Origin: Candidatus Cloacimonadota bacterium | GTDB taxonomy: Bacteria > Cloacimonadota > Cloacimonadia > Cloacimonadales > Cloacimonadaceae | Length of the DNA: 64,000 bases | Reading direction: 5' to 3' | Assembly: GCA_035450685.1 (NCBI GenBank) | Contig: DAOTNF010000004.1 | Span: forward strand, 42,612 to 106,611 | Shown: positions 26,862 to 36,512 of the stretch, one piece after another | How the letters are laid out: each line of letters starts with the position of its first letter | Position numbering within the stretch: position 1 is the stretch's first letter | Translations under genes and position numbers: made by a program | Notes under the pieces: model-generated | Database searches by the model: none | What the model saw: the letters and a program-made list of their open reading frames with translations, nothing else | What the model was told of the DNA's origin: nothing

Positions 26862-28832
26862 ATGAGTATCCATAAGTTGCTATTTTTGAGCGTATTGGTT
26901 GTCATTTCGGGGTCTTTGCTTTATGCTCAAAGTCCATATTGGTCATGGGCCAAAGGTGCAGGTGGCACGGGCGAAGATATATGCAATTCCGTAGCCAGAG
27001 ACAATAGCGGCAACTATTACGTAGCCGGTTCTTTCTCAGGACGGGTAAGCTTCGGGTCTACTACTCTCGCCAGTAGCGGTTCCGGGGATATATTTGTGGG
27101 GAAACTGGACCCCTCCGGCAACTGGCTTTGGGCGAGAAAAGCGGGTGGTACCCTTCATGATGTAGCTTCATCCATTGCTGTCGATTCTGCGGGCAATGCC
27201 TACATTACTGGTAATTTCGCTTCCTCTGCACTTATATTTGTGTCGAGCACCTCCTTAAGATTGAACCGTAGCGGCGGAACTGACCTTTTTGTGGCTAAGA
27301 TCAACAGCAATGGTGTCTGGCAGTGGGCAAGAAAGAACTCTGGCGGTGGAACCAGCCTGGATTTGGGAAACGCGATAGCGGTTGACGCAAATTCAAATGT
27401 CTATATGACCGGATATTTTAAAAACACAATATCCTTTACCACCGCTACAGGCGTGGACACGTTGACAGCTCAAACCAGTTCATACTATGATATGCTGGTC
27501 GCCAAAATCAGCGGCAGCGGGGTCTGGCAGTGGGCGATCCAGGGTTCCGGAGCGACGATGGATCAAGGTAGTGGCATCGCTGTGGATAGTCAGGGCAATG
27601 CCTATGTGACAGGCGGGTTTAACTCTCCCACCCTGACCCTGGGCAATATAGTGATCATCAACCGCAGGGACACCACGTTTGACGGATTTGTCGCCAAAGT
27701 CAGCCCTGAAGGGCAATGGCTGTGGGGGGACAGGTTTGGCGGCATTAACGCAGATTCCGGTTCTGCAATAACGGTTGATAGCTCAGATAATATCTATCTA
27801 ACCGGTTTCTTCAGCACCTCTGCATATTTTGGCAACTTAACTTTGACGTCCTCCGGTGGTTATGACGTGTTTGCGGCCAAATTGGATTCCTCTGGCACCT
27901 GGCTCTGGGCCAGGAAGGCGGGTGGAGCAGGCTTTGATGAGGGTTTGGGAATATCCGTGGACGCCAATTCCAACGTATTTTTGGCTGGCAGGTTCACCGG
28001 CAGCGCAAACTTTGGATCGACCACGCTAACCAGTGCCACTGGCAATTTCAGCGATGCCTTTTTGTGCAAGCTGAACTCCGCGGGAGATTGGCAGTGGGCG
28101 CTTCAGGCAGGAGGAACAGGCACGGATATTGGGTATGGCGTTGTTGCCCACGGGGATTCAGAAGCTTTGCTCTGCGGTTGTTTCACTGATTCGTCGGACT
28201 TTTCTGGCACCATCCTGACCAGCGCAGGAATGTCAGACGCTTTCTTTGCCAGAATCGCGTTTCCACCTCCGACTCTGACTCTACTTTCCTTCATTGGCGG
28301 AGATTCTTATCCTGCCAATACAGTTCAGAACATCAACTGGACTGCCTCGTGGGTTGACAGTGTAAGATTGGACTACAGCCTGGATGGAGGATCCACATGG
28401 AATACCATCAACAATGGCGAAGCTGTGCCAGCCGCATTGGGTTCCTGCGAATGGAACTTGCCCAACCTGAACAATTACCAGGCTAAGGTGCGGGTGAGCG
28501 ATAGTGTCAATCCTGAACTTTTTGCGGTTTCCGATACCACCTTTGCGATAATCGTGCCGCCATTGGCGCCGGAAGCGGTACAGGTGGGACTCGACGATGC
28601 AAATCCTCAGAATTTCACCATCAGTTGGGAAGCTGTCACCCTGAACCAGAATGGCGAAAGCCTGGTTCCCGATGGCTATAGAATTTACTACTGCAACGAG
28701 TTCAACGGCGATTCAACTGTGTTCCTTTTGCTGGCTGAAATCCGTGATGGCACCTGCACCAGTTACACCCACAACGACGCCACTCTGGATTTCGGTAACA
28801 TATTCTACAAAATAGTAGCCTTCAAAGAATAA
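26862..28832 (+). CDS. secreted SBBP (beta-propeller repeat) surface protein, paralog 1
   Basis: 656 aa. Signal peptide. About 9 repeats of the pattern 'D..GN.Y.TG.F.....FG......G..D.FV.KL...G.W.WA'. C-terminal Ig/FN3-like modules. Confidence 0.8.
   Translation: MSIHKLLFLSVLVVISGSLLYAQSPYWSWAKGAGGTGEDICNSVARDNSGNYYVAGSFSGRVSFGSTTLASSGSGDIFVGKLDPSGNWLWARKAGGTLHDVASSIAVDSAGNAYITGNFASSALIFVSSTSLRLNRSGGTDLFVAKINSNGVWQWARKNSGGGTSLDLGNAIAVDANSNVYMTGYFKNTISFTTATGVDTLTAQTSSYYDMLVAKISGSGVWQWAIQGSGATMDQGSGIAVDSQGNAYVTGGFNSPTLTLGNIVIINRRDTTFDGFVAKVSPEGQWLWGDRFGGINADSGSAITVDSSDNIYLTGFFSTSAYFGNLTLTSSGGYDVFAAKLDSSGTWLWARKAGGAGFDEGLGISVDANSNVFLAGRFTGSANFGSTTLTSATGNFSDAFLCKLNSAGDWQWALQAGGTGTDIGYGVVAHGDSEALLCGCFTDSSDFSGTILTSAGMSDAFFARIAFPPPTLTLLSFIGGDSYPANTVQNINWTASWVDSVRLDYSLDGGSTWNTINNGEAVPAALGSCEWNLPNLNNYQAKVRVSDSVNPELFAVSDTTFAIIVPPLAPEAVQVGLDDANPQNFTISWEAVTLNQNGESLVPDGYRIYYCNEFNGDSTVFLLLAEIRDGTCTSYTHNDATLDFGNIFYKIVAFKE
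26985..28255 (+). repeat. long direct repeat, copy 1 (shared SBBP propeller block)
   Basis: Aligns with 29241-30517. About 85-95% identity over the first ~290 bp, with one 6-bp indel, then apparently identical 27276-28255 = 29538-30517. Identical antisense ORFs 27480..27716 / 29742..29978 and 27860..28069 / 30122..30331. Confidence 0.9.
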
Positions 28833-29117
28833 CTAATTCGGCTGTTTTGACCCAATCCTTGTAGCAGCAATACTCCAGTTACTCATATTTGACATAGAAG
28901 CTTGAGCCTGGTTGTTTGGACTAACTACCAGTCCTATCTGCCAGGCTCTTTGCTGTTTGGTTTCCGATGGAGAAAGTCTGCCTTGGCCTTCTGTTACTCC
29001 AAGCGTGCGTCATACATTTTTTATCCAAAAGTATATGAGTGATAAGAAAAAACTTGACTTGGAACGCATATACTGCCAATGGGAAACAATATTAACAATC
29101 CCTAACATGAGGTTATC

Positions 29118-32100
29118 ATGAAACTAATCAAAATAAGCATCATTATACTATTTCTGGTTTTAGTCTGCGCAAGCCTCTTTGCCCAGGTTCCTGGATGGAA
29201 TTGGGCAAAAGGTGTGGGTAGTGGAAGCGATGACATAAGTTATTCCGTAGCCAGAGACAATAGCGGCAACTATTACGTGGCTGGTTATTTCTCAGGGACG
29301 GCAAGCTTCGGGTCCACTAATCTCACCTGTAGCGGCTCCGGAGATATCTTTGTGGGCAAACTGGACCCCTCCGGCAACTGGCTTTGGGCGAGAAAAGCGG
29401 GTGGTACCAGTCATGATGTAGCTTCATCCATTGCTGTCGATTCTGCTGGCAATGCCTACATTACTGGTAATTTCGCTTCCTCTGCACTTGTATTTGTGTC
29501 GAGCACCTCCTTAAGATTGAACCGTAGCGGAACCACTGGAACTGACCTTTTTGTGGCTAAGATCAACAGCAATGGTGTCTGGCAGTGGGCAAGAAAGAAC
29601 TCTGGCGGTGGAACCAGCCTGGATTTGGGAAACGCGATAGCGGTTGACGCAAATTCAAATGTCTATATGACCGGATATTTTAAAAACACAATATCCTTTA
29701 CCACCGCTACAGGCGTGGACACGTTGACAGCTCAAACCAGTTCATACTATGATATGCTGGTCGCCAAAATCAGCGGCAGCGGGGTCTGGCAGTGGGCGAT
29801 CCAGGGTTCCGGAGCGACGATGGATCAAGGTAGTGGCATCGCTGTGGATAGTCAGGGCAATGCCTATGTGACAGGCGGGTTTAACTCTCCCACCCTGACC
29901 CTGGGCAATATAGTGATCATCAACCGCAGGGACACCACGTTTGACGGATTTGTCGCCAAAGTCAGCCCTGAAGGGCAATGGCTGTGGGGGGACAGGTTTG
30001 GCGGCATTAACGCAGATTCCGGTTCTGCAATAACGGTTGATAGCTCAGATAATATCTATCTAACCGGTTTCTTCAGCACCTCTGCATATTTTGGCAACTT
30101 AACTTTGACGTCCTCCGGTGGTTATGACGTGTTTGCGGCCAAATTGGATTCCTCTGGCACCTGGCTCTGGGCCAGGAAGGCGGGTGGAGCAGGCTTTGAT
30201 GAGGGTTTGGGAATATCCGTGGACGCCAATTCCAACGTATTTTTGGCTGGCAGGTTCACCGGCAGCGCAAACTTTGGATCGACCACGCTAACCAGTGCCA
30301 CTGGCAATTTCAGCGATGCCTTTTTGTGCAAGCTGAACTCCGCGGGAGATTGGCAGTGGGCGCTTCAGGCAGGAGGAACAGGCACGGATATTGGGTATGG
30401 CGTTGTTGCCCACGGGGATTCAGAAGCTTTGCTCTGCGGTTGTTTCACTGATTCGTCGGACTTTTCTGGCACCATCCTGACCAGCGCAGGAATGTCAGAC
30501 GCTTTCTTTGCCAGAATAGCGGTTCCGCCTCTGACTCTGCTTTCTCCCAACGGAGGGGAAGCTTATGCGGCATCTTCAACCCAGGCCATCACCTGGACAG
30601 CCAACGGGGTGGACACCGTGCTTCTGGATTACACCATGGATGGAGGAACAACCTGGACGACAATCACTGTTGACCCCGTGAGCGCTGGCTTGGGGAGCTA
30701 TGACTGGGTATTGCCATACTCTGCCAGCAGCCAGGCTTTGGTGCGTGTGAGAAACTCGGTGGACTCAACTGTATTTGATGTCTCGGATGCCTATTTCAGT
30801 ATCTATTTGGCTGATGTCGCGCCAAATGCACCTTCAGACCTTGTGGCGGCTGTAGTGTCGTCAAGTCAGATCAATCTAACATGGACCGATAACTCGGATA
30901 ACGAACTCCAGTTTAAGATAGAAAGAAAAACCGGCTCCTCGGGCACCTGGACGCAGATAGGCACAGTTGATGCCAATACTGCGTCGTTTTCCAATACAGG
31001 CCTCAGCCAGAACACCACATATTACTACCGGGTGCTGGCCAGCAACCAGGCGGGAAACTCCGGCTACTCCAATGAAGCCAGCGGGGCCACGCCCTACGCT
31101 ACCCCTGGCGCACCATCGGGATTGACGGCCACAGCACTTTCATACAACAGGATCAAGATCGATTGGACGGACAATTCCAGCATCGAGACCGGTTTTAAGA
31201 TTGAGCGCAAGACAGGCTCTTCCGGCACCTGGTCCCAGATTGCGACTGTGGGCGCTAACGTCACCACCTACACCAATAGCAGCCTCAGCCAAAACACCAC
31301 CTACTTCTACCGGGTGCGGGCATACAACAACAACGTAAACTCAGAGTATTCCAACGAGGCCAGCGCCACTACCCCGTACGCAACTCCCTCCGCGCCCTCC
31401 AACCTGAGAGCGACAGCGGTCTCCACTTCCCGGATCGATCTGTCCTGGACCGATAATTCGGGTGTGGAAACAGGTGTCAAGATCGAGAGAAAGACCGGAA
31501 GCTCCGGCACCTGGGCCCAGATCGCGATTGTGGGAGCCAACGTGACAGCCTATTCAAATACCGACCTTACACATGGCACCACATACTACTACCGCGTGCG
31601 AGCCTACAATGTTAACGTCAATTCCGTGTATTCCAACGAAGCCTACGCTACCACGCTTGTCGCCACGCTGGAAGCCCCCGGGTCTTTGACCGCTTCGCCT
31701 GTCTCCGTTACCGGCATCGAGCTTTTATGGGTTGACAATTCCACGGAAGAAAACGGTTTCCAGGTGGAACGTAAAACGGAAGTGGAATCTGAATGGAGCC
31801 AGATAGCCCAAGTGCCCGCCAATAGCACCTCATATACGGACGAGTTGACTGCCTGGACTCAGACTATCAGCTATCGGGTGAGGGCTTTCAATGACATGAC
31901 TGTCTCTGATTATTCAAACATTGCCAGCGTGGTGCCGCTTACCGCGCCTCAGGCTGCTTTCATCGCCACTCCTGTTTCTGGCTCCGCTCCACTCACGGTG
32001 CAGTTTACGGATCAGTCCACTGCCGGAACGGGAAGCATTGTTTCATGGCATTGGGATTTTGGCGATGGAGGGAGTTCGGAGGAGGCAAATCCGTTTTACA

Positions 32101-32921
32101 CCTATCAGAACCCCGGGCTTTACACGGTTGGCTTAACTGTGATTGACAGCTATCAAAACAGCGACGTTTTGACCCAGACAGACTGTATTACAGTGCTTTC
32201 CGATGCTCCCAATCTCGAGTTGCTGAGCCCCGCCAGCATGGATTTTGGCACCCTTGCCATCGACTCCGTATCACCCTATCAACCGGTGATTATCAGGAAT
32301 ACCGGACTCACCGATCTGCATATCTCGGAGGTCGGTTTTATCTCCGCTTCCGGGCAGTTTGAGGTTATGGAGTGGCAGAGTGGTATGAGCATTGCTCCGG
32401 GAGCCACGGATTCTCTCTTTGTGCGCTACGCGCCCCAGAGCGTGGGCGATGCCGCGGATTTCCTGCAGATACTGAATGATTCCGCCAACCAGCCCGATTG
32501 CAGGGTCCGGCTTCTGGGCAAAGCGATCGTGCCCGTACCGCTTCCTCCCGCCAATCTGCAGATCGGGATTCAGGGGGTGAACACCGTGCTCTCCTGGGAT
32601 CCGGTTACCCAAAACACGGCCGGGGGCCCCATCGTTACAGATTATTACTTTGTATATACAAGCGCCATGGATTCCCAGAATGGATTCATCTTCCACGGCC
32701 TCACCCCAGATTGCGCTTATTCCCATCCCTACGTGCTGCTTGTGGAGCCCAGGGTGTTCTACAAGGTCAAAGCCGTGGTGCTTAACCAGGCGGTAAAAGC
32801 AAAAGCACCTTCCAAGGATGTGTTGGATTTATATCTGAAAGATCATCTGAAGCCCGGCATGAGCGAATCAGAAGTGAGCCAGGTGCTCGATTCTGCCGGG
32901 AAGCTGTATCTGAATAAATAG
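29118..32921 (+). CDS. secreted SBBP beta-propeller / 4xFN3 / PKD / choice-of-anchor-D-like surface protein, paralog 2
   Basis: 1267 aa. Signal peptide and the same propeller repeats as paralog 1. Four FN3-like repeats ('W.DNS..E.GFKIERKTGSSGTW.QI'). PKD-like 'PLTVQFTDQS...WDFGDGG...H.Y..PG.YTV.LTV'. 'FG...I.S......IRNTGLTDLHIS' module. Confidence 0.85.
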   Translation: MKLIKISIIILFLVLVCASLFAQVPGWNWAKGVGSGSDDISYSVARDNSGNYYVAGYFSGTASFGSTNLTCSGSGDIFVGKLDPSGNWLWARKAGGTSHDVASSIAVDSAGNAYITGNFASSALVFVSSTSLRLNRSGTTGTDLFVAKINSNGVWQWARKNSGGGTSLDLGNAIAVDANSNVYMTGYFKNTISFTTATGVDTLTAQTSSYYDMLVAKISGSGVWQWAIQGSGATMDQGSGIAVDSQGNAYVTGGFNSPTLTLGNIVIINRRDTTFDGFVAKVSPEGQWLWGDRFGGINADSGSAITVDSSDNIYLTGFFSTSAYFGNLTLTSSGGYDVFAAKLDSSGTWLWARKAGGAGFDEGLGISVDANSNVFLAGRFTGSANFGSTTLTSATGNFSDAFLCKLNSAGDWQWALQAGGTGTDIGYGVVAHGDSEALLCGCFTDSSDFSGTILTSAGMSDAFFARIAVPPLTLLSPNGGEAYAASSTQAITWTANGVDTVLLDYTMDGGTTWTTITVDPVSAGLGSYDWVLPYSASSQALVRVRNSVDSTVFDVSDAYFSIYLADVAPNAPSDLVAAVVSSSQINLTWTDNSDNELQFKIERKTGSSGTWTQIGTVDANTASFSNTGLSQNTTYYYRVLASNQAGNSGYSNEASGATPYATPGAPSGLTATALSYNRIKIDWTDNSSIETGFKIERKTGSSGTWSQIATVGANVTTYTNSSLSQNTTYFYRVRAYNNNVNSEYSNEASATTPYATPSAPSNLRATAVSTSRIDLSWTDNSGVETGVKIERKTGSSGTWAQIAIVGANVTAYSNTDLTHGTTYYYRVRAYNVNVNSVYSNEAYATTLVATLEAPGSLTASPVSVTGIELLWVDNSTEENGFQVERKTEVESEWSQIAQVPANSTSYTDELTAWTQTISYRVRAFNDMTVSDYSNIASVVPLTAPQAAFIATPVSGSAPLTVQFTDQSTAGTGSIVSWHWDFGDGGSSEEANPFYTYQNPGLYTVGLTVIDSYQNSDVLTQTDCITVLSDAPNLELLSPASMDFGTLAIDSVSPYQPVIIRNTGLTDLHISEVGFISASGQFEVMEWQSGMSIAPGATDSLFVRYAPQSVGDAADFLQILNDSANQPDCRVRLLGKAIVPVPLPPANLQIGIQGVNTVLSWDPVTQNTAGGPIVTDYYFVYTSAMDSQNGFIFHGLTPDCAYSHPYVLLVEPRVFYKVKAVVLNQAVKAKAPSKDVLDLYLKDHLKPGMSESEVSQVLDSAGKLYLNK
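29241..30517 (+). repeat. long direct repeat, copy 2
   Basis: See copy 1. Offset is 2256 bp before and 2262 bp after the 6-bp indel (RSGGTD vs RSGTTGTD). Confidence 0.9.
30819..31945 (+). repeat. four in-frame tandem FN3-like coding repeats (282-291 bp each)
   Basis: Repeat starts at 30819, 31110, 31392, 31674, all in frame with 29118. Each encodes 'AP..L.A......I.L.W.DNS..E.GFKIERKTGSSGTW.QI..V.AN...Y.N..L...T.Y.YRV.A.N'. Confidence 0.8.
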
Positions 32922-32960
32922 CGGTTCTTGTGGTTTCCCCGAGCTTTGCCTCTCATGTCT

Positions 32961-33069
32961 CCCTCATTTGCTGGCAGAGGTCGGGGAAGCATCATCCTTA
33001 GGTCATCCTTATAAAAGTTAAGGATGACCTAAGCTTGACCCAAGGTTGTCCAAGGGATGCAAATGAGGG
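32961..33069. repeat. palindromic iteron element, copy 3 (best preserved)
   Basis: Outer inverted repeat CCCTCATTTGC (32961) / GCAAATGAGGG (33059). Core CATCATCCTTAGGTCATCC (32990-33008) / GGATGACCTAAG (33022-33033). 11-bp phased TAAGGATGACC 33019, TAAGCTTGACC 33030, CAAGGTTGTCC 33041, AAGGGATGCAA 33052. Confidence 0.65.
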
Positions 33070-33095
33070 CCATATAACAGGCCGGAGGGTTTAAC

Positions 33096-34037
33096 TCATT
33101 TGCAGATTGTGACATACATCACACCGCCGCTGGCGGAGCCAAAATAACCAAGAGCGTTGTGGACTCCTCCGTAGAGGTAGCCTTCGGGCATATTGACGTA
33201 GTTGTAATAGTTGTCGTCCAAGATGTAGGACTTTATCCTGTAGCGCCCGTAGAACATAAAGACTTGGCTATAACCCCTTAGCATGATGTAGTTGTCCGGC
33301 AGGCCTTGCTGAGGCCCAGATCTGAATCTTACAGCCGAGCTTATTCTGCGGATGGTTTCTCCACTTGAGTTGTACGTCTCTTCCATAGAGGCATCCGGAT
33401 GTACCATACCCATGATCTGGGTGGTATATTCCAGATCGGTGCTAAACTCTTCCAAACAATAGAATTCGCTGAAGAAATTGTAGTTTCCGGCGATCTGTCC
33501 AGTGTTGAGCACCAGGGGGAAGTCACTGTCTATCCTGTTGAAAGGCATTTGGTTTTGGGTCTGCTCATCGAAAGAATAGCCCTCTCCGTCAGCATTGTTG
33601 CCATACACATCTGTTTCCAGCGTAATGGCCTGGGGTACTGTGGTTTCCGCCCAAATCACAGGCTGATAGCCGGGGATCCTCGCTTCGATCCGGTAGCGAT
33701 GCTCCGCTTCTATCAGGCGCTGTTCCGGATCCAGATAGGCGGGCAGGATTCCCGCCATGCCAGGCTGCAGCGTGAACTCCTGGCCGGAGGTCAGATCGCG
33801 CAGGGTTATTTTCGCATCGGTTACAAAGATCTGCAGATAGTTGAAGTCTTCAATCTCCGAACTGCGGGTCAGATACACAGGATGCTCCTCGTTCAGCGGT
33901 TGCCCTGCTACCAGCAGAGCCGAAAGCGAGTAAACCTCGCCTTTGAAGCGCGGGCCGGAGGTTGATTCGCAGGAAAACAGGAGGAGCATGGCAAAAAGAG
34001 CCAGAAGAAGTAAGATTTTTCTCATGATTTTTACCAT
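33096..34037 (-). CDS. DUF4249-like lipoprotein (partner of the adjacent TonB-dependent receptor)
   Basis: Lipoprotein signal 'LLLALFAMLLLFSC'. C-terminal 'GGVHNALGYFGSASGG' resembles the DUF4249 terminus. Start overlaps the receptor gene stop region. Confidence 0.55.
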   Translation of the reverse strand: MVKIMRKILLLLALFAMLLLFSCESTSGPRFKGEVYSLSALLVAGQPLNEEHPVYLTRSSEIEDFNYLQIFVTDAKITLRDLTSGQEFTLQPGMAGILPAYLDPEQRLIEAEHRYRIEARIPGYQPVIWAETTVPQAITLETDVYGNNADGEGYSFDEQTQNQMPFNRIDSDFPLVLNTGQIAGNYNFFSEFYCLEEFSTDLEYTTQIMGMVHPDASMEETYNSSGETIRRISSAVRFRSGPQQGLPDNYIMLRGYSQVFMFYGRYRIKSYILDDNYYNYVNMPEGYLYGGVHNALGYFGSASGGVMYVTICK

Positions 34038-36352
34038 TGTACGTTGATTCCCACAAAGGGTAGAAAGGGAAACTGGGCACTGTCGTTATGCTTCAGCAGC
34101 AGACCGCCTTCTTCCAAGGTCAGAAAGTAGCTGCGGGAGCCGATGTTTTTGCGGTTGAACACGTTGATCACCTCAAGGTACGGTTCGATGGAGCCCCACT
34201 TGGTGACCCACTCATATTTGGTGCTAAGATCGAGGCGGATATAGGCTGGCAGCCTTTCTTTGTCGGAATAGCTGTAGATGATCTGAAAATCCTCGCCGTC
34301 GAAGTAGATGCGTTCAGGGAGGGAGGTTGGCTGGCCTGTATTGTAGCTGAAGTTGACACCCAGCTTGAGATCAGCGCCAAACACCTGAAACCCGCTATTC
34401 TGGCTCACATTGAAGGTTTCCACCAATGAAATGGCGTGGGTGCGGTCGTAGCGGGGGTAGAAGTATTCGCTTTGGCCTGTATCGGGATTGATGTTGGTGC
34501 CCTCCATTTTCCTACGCGTTTGGCTTAGCGTGTAGCCGATAAAGCCCTGCAGTCCCCGCCAATCATTACGGAGCATCAGGTCAATCCCATAGGTGTGGCC
34601 TTTGCCCACATGAAACACATCGGCCAGGGTGCCGGTGTCGTTGTTCCAGCTAAACTCGGTGGCTACGTTGTATTGCAGCAGGTTGTTATAGCTCTTGTAA
34701 TAGGTTTCCAGATCAAAGTTGAAGAAGCGGCTCAACTCACGCTTGTAACCCAGAATGTAATGAGCGGAAAGGCCAGGATCAAGGCTTCCATCCAAAGGAA
34801 TCCACACATCCATGGGAGTGCTTATTTCCATGGACATCAAAGTCAGATACTGGTGATAGAGGCCATAGTTCAGATACACGCTTTCTCCCTCGCGCAGGCG
34901 GCGACGCAGGGACAGGCGCGGCTCCAGATTGATGTAGGCGGCATCCGGTGCTTGAGAGGGACGCACAGAGAGTGTGTGGTACAGGTTTGCCCGCAAACCG
35001 GGCTGCAGGGTCCAGTAGCCGTCTATCTCCCAAACCTCCTGCAGGAAAGCCGCCGTGGTGAGCGATGAGACCTTCACGTCGGGCAGCGCGTTCTGCTGGA
35101 ACTGATAGCTGGTGCCCATCTTCAGCCAGGTGTTGTTCCATTTCAGTTCCAGGCCTCCATCCAGCAGATGCCGGTTGTTCGGTTTCCAACTGAGGAGGGC
35201 TTTGGCGGTGAGGTCGTGGATGCCGTTTTTGCGTTCCACGGTTGTTTCGCCCTCTTTGGTGTTCTGGCTGAAGTTGTTGGTGAACTCGCTGCCAGCCAGC
35301 ACAAATTGGGAAAACAGCCGGGGACTGAAAAGGTGCACCCACTGGGTGGTAAAAGTCTTGTTCCCCCATGCCAAATCCAGGACGGGGCCATAATCAAAAC
35401 TGAGATCATCCCTGCCAAAATATGTGCTTATGCTCAGTTTGTCCTTGTCTCCCAGATCCCAATTCAATTTGAAGTGGCCATCGTAAAAATAGTAATCCGG
35501 CAGTTCGTCGTAGAAGGCCTTGAGCAGTTCCACATAGGTTCTGCGTATGGAGCCCATGTAGGAGCCTCTTTGCGAACCAATTTTCCAGGGGCCCTCCAAG
35601 GTCGCAGAGGATGAGATCAGGCTCCAGCGGGCGACTCCCTGGTGATGCACACGGTTCCCCTGCCGGTTGAGCACATCCAGCACGGAAGACATTCTGCCTC
35701 CATACTTAGCCGGATATCCGCCTTTTATCAGTTCCACGCTTTCCACGGCATCGGTGTTGAAGGTGCTGAAGATGCCGCCAAAGTGGTTGGGATTGTACAC
35801 ATCGATGTCATCCAGCAGGATCAGGTTTTGATCGGGAGAACCGCCCCGGACATAGAGTCCGGAAGAAAAATCGGAGATCGGGGCCACGCCGGGCAGGGTG
35901 AGGACCGCTCGGAAGATATCGGCTTCCACCGGAGAAACCACGCTCTGGATGTCTTCGCTTCCACGGTGGATCGTGCCAGTGCGGATTTGAGGGCCTTCAT
36001 AGGTGGCTTCCGCCGTGGCGCTCACCACCACCTTGCTGAGTTCCACCGAACTCTTATCCAGGCTGACATTGACCACGGCGTCCGGGGAATGCTCGCTTAC
36101 CTCAAATTCCACGCTTTTGGGCAGGCTCGAAATCTGGCTGAATTGCAGGGTGTATCGACCGTGTTCTTTGAGCGTGATCACATAGTAGCCTTTTCTGTTA
36201 GTCTGACCGCCTATGCCCGTTCCGGCTACAACTACATTAACGTATTGCATCGGTTCGGCGCTTCCGGACCGGGTCACAAAACCGCTGACGGTAGCCGCAA
36301 AGGCACTGGCGCAAAGCAGCAGGCAGCAGAGGGTTGCAGTTAATCGTAGCAT
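34031..36352 (-). CDS. TonB-dependent receptor with N-terminal CarboxypepD_reg-like domain
   Basis: 773 aa. Signal peptide. 'VSGFVTRSGSAEPMQYVNVVVAGTGIGGQTNRKGYYVI' (carboxypeptidase regulatory-like). Plug motif 'VELIKGGYPAKYGGRMSSVLDV'. 22-strand-length barrel ending in 'VGINVQW'. Confidence 0.85.
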   Translation of the reverse strand: MLRLTATLCCLLLCASAFAATVSGFVTRSGSAEPMQYVNVVVAGTGIGGQTNRKGYYVITLKEHGRYTLQFSQISSLPKSVEFEVSEHSPDAVVNVSLDKSSVELSKVVVSATAEATYEGPQIRTGTIHRGSEDIQSVVSPVEADIFRAVLTLPGVAPISDFSSGLYVRGGSPDQNLILLDDIDVYNPNHFGGIFSTFNTDAVESVELIKGGYPAKYGGRMSSVLDVLNRQGNRVHHQGVARWSLISSSATLEGPWKIGSQRGSYMGSIRRTYVELLKAFYDELPDYYFYDGHFKLNWDLGDKDKLSISTYFGRDDLSFDYGPVLDLAWGNKTFTTQWVHLFSPRLFSQFVLAGSEFTNNFSQNTKEGETTVERKNGIHDLTAKALLSWKPNNRHLLDGGLELKWNNTWLKMGTSYQFQQNALPDVKVSSLTTAAFLQEVWEIDGYWTLQPGLRANLYHTLSVRPSQAPDAAYINLEPRLSLRRRLREGESVYLNYGLYHQYLTLMSMEISTPMDVWIPLDGSLDPGLSAHYILGYKRELSRFFNFDLETYYKSYNNLLQYNVATEFSWNNDTGTLADVFHVGKGHTYGIDLMLRNDWRGLQGFIGYTLSQTRRKMEGTNINPDTGQSEYFYPRYDRTHAISLVETFNVSQNSGFQVFGADLKLGVNFSYNTGQPTSLPERIYFDGEDFQIIYSYSDKERLPAYIRLDLSTKYEWVTKWGSIEPYLEVINVFNRKNIGSRSYFLTLEEGGLLLKHNDSAQFPFLPFVGINVQW

Positions 36353-36512
36353 AGTTTCCTGACCTTCTTTTTCTTTTTTTCAAGCAAAGCTGATTTCAAG
36401 CATTAGCAGTCAACCCATAATCGCAATACCAGCGATCGCTGTCCCGTTGATTTTCGGCTACCGTTGGGGGGGAGTGTCATCTGGGGATAAAATGGGGATT
36501 GGTAAACAGGGG

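Noticed and set aside
28912-29121. 69-aa ORF upstream of SBBP paralog 2.
   Set aside because: TTG start, no RBS, Cys/Ser-rich with no motif. It overlaps the paralog 2 start and is probably leader or promoter sequence.
26985-30517. Diversity-generating retroelement (template/variable repeat) explanation for the SBBP duplication.
   Set aside because: No reverse transcriptase is present in the window. The repeat is about 1.3 kb rather than about 0.1 kb. The differences are clustered at one end instead of being adenine-specific substitutions.
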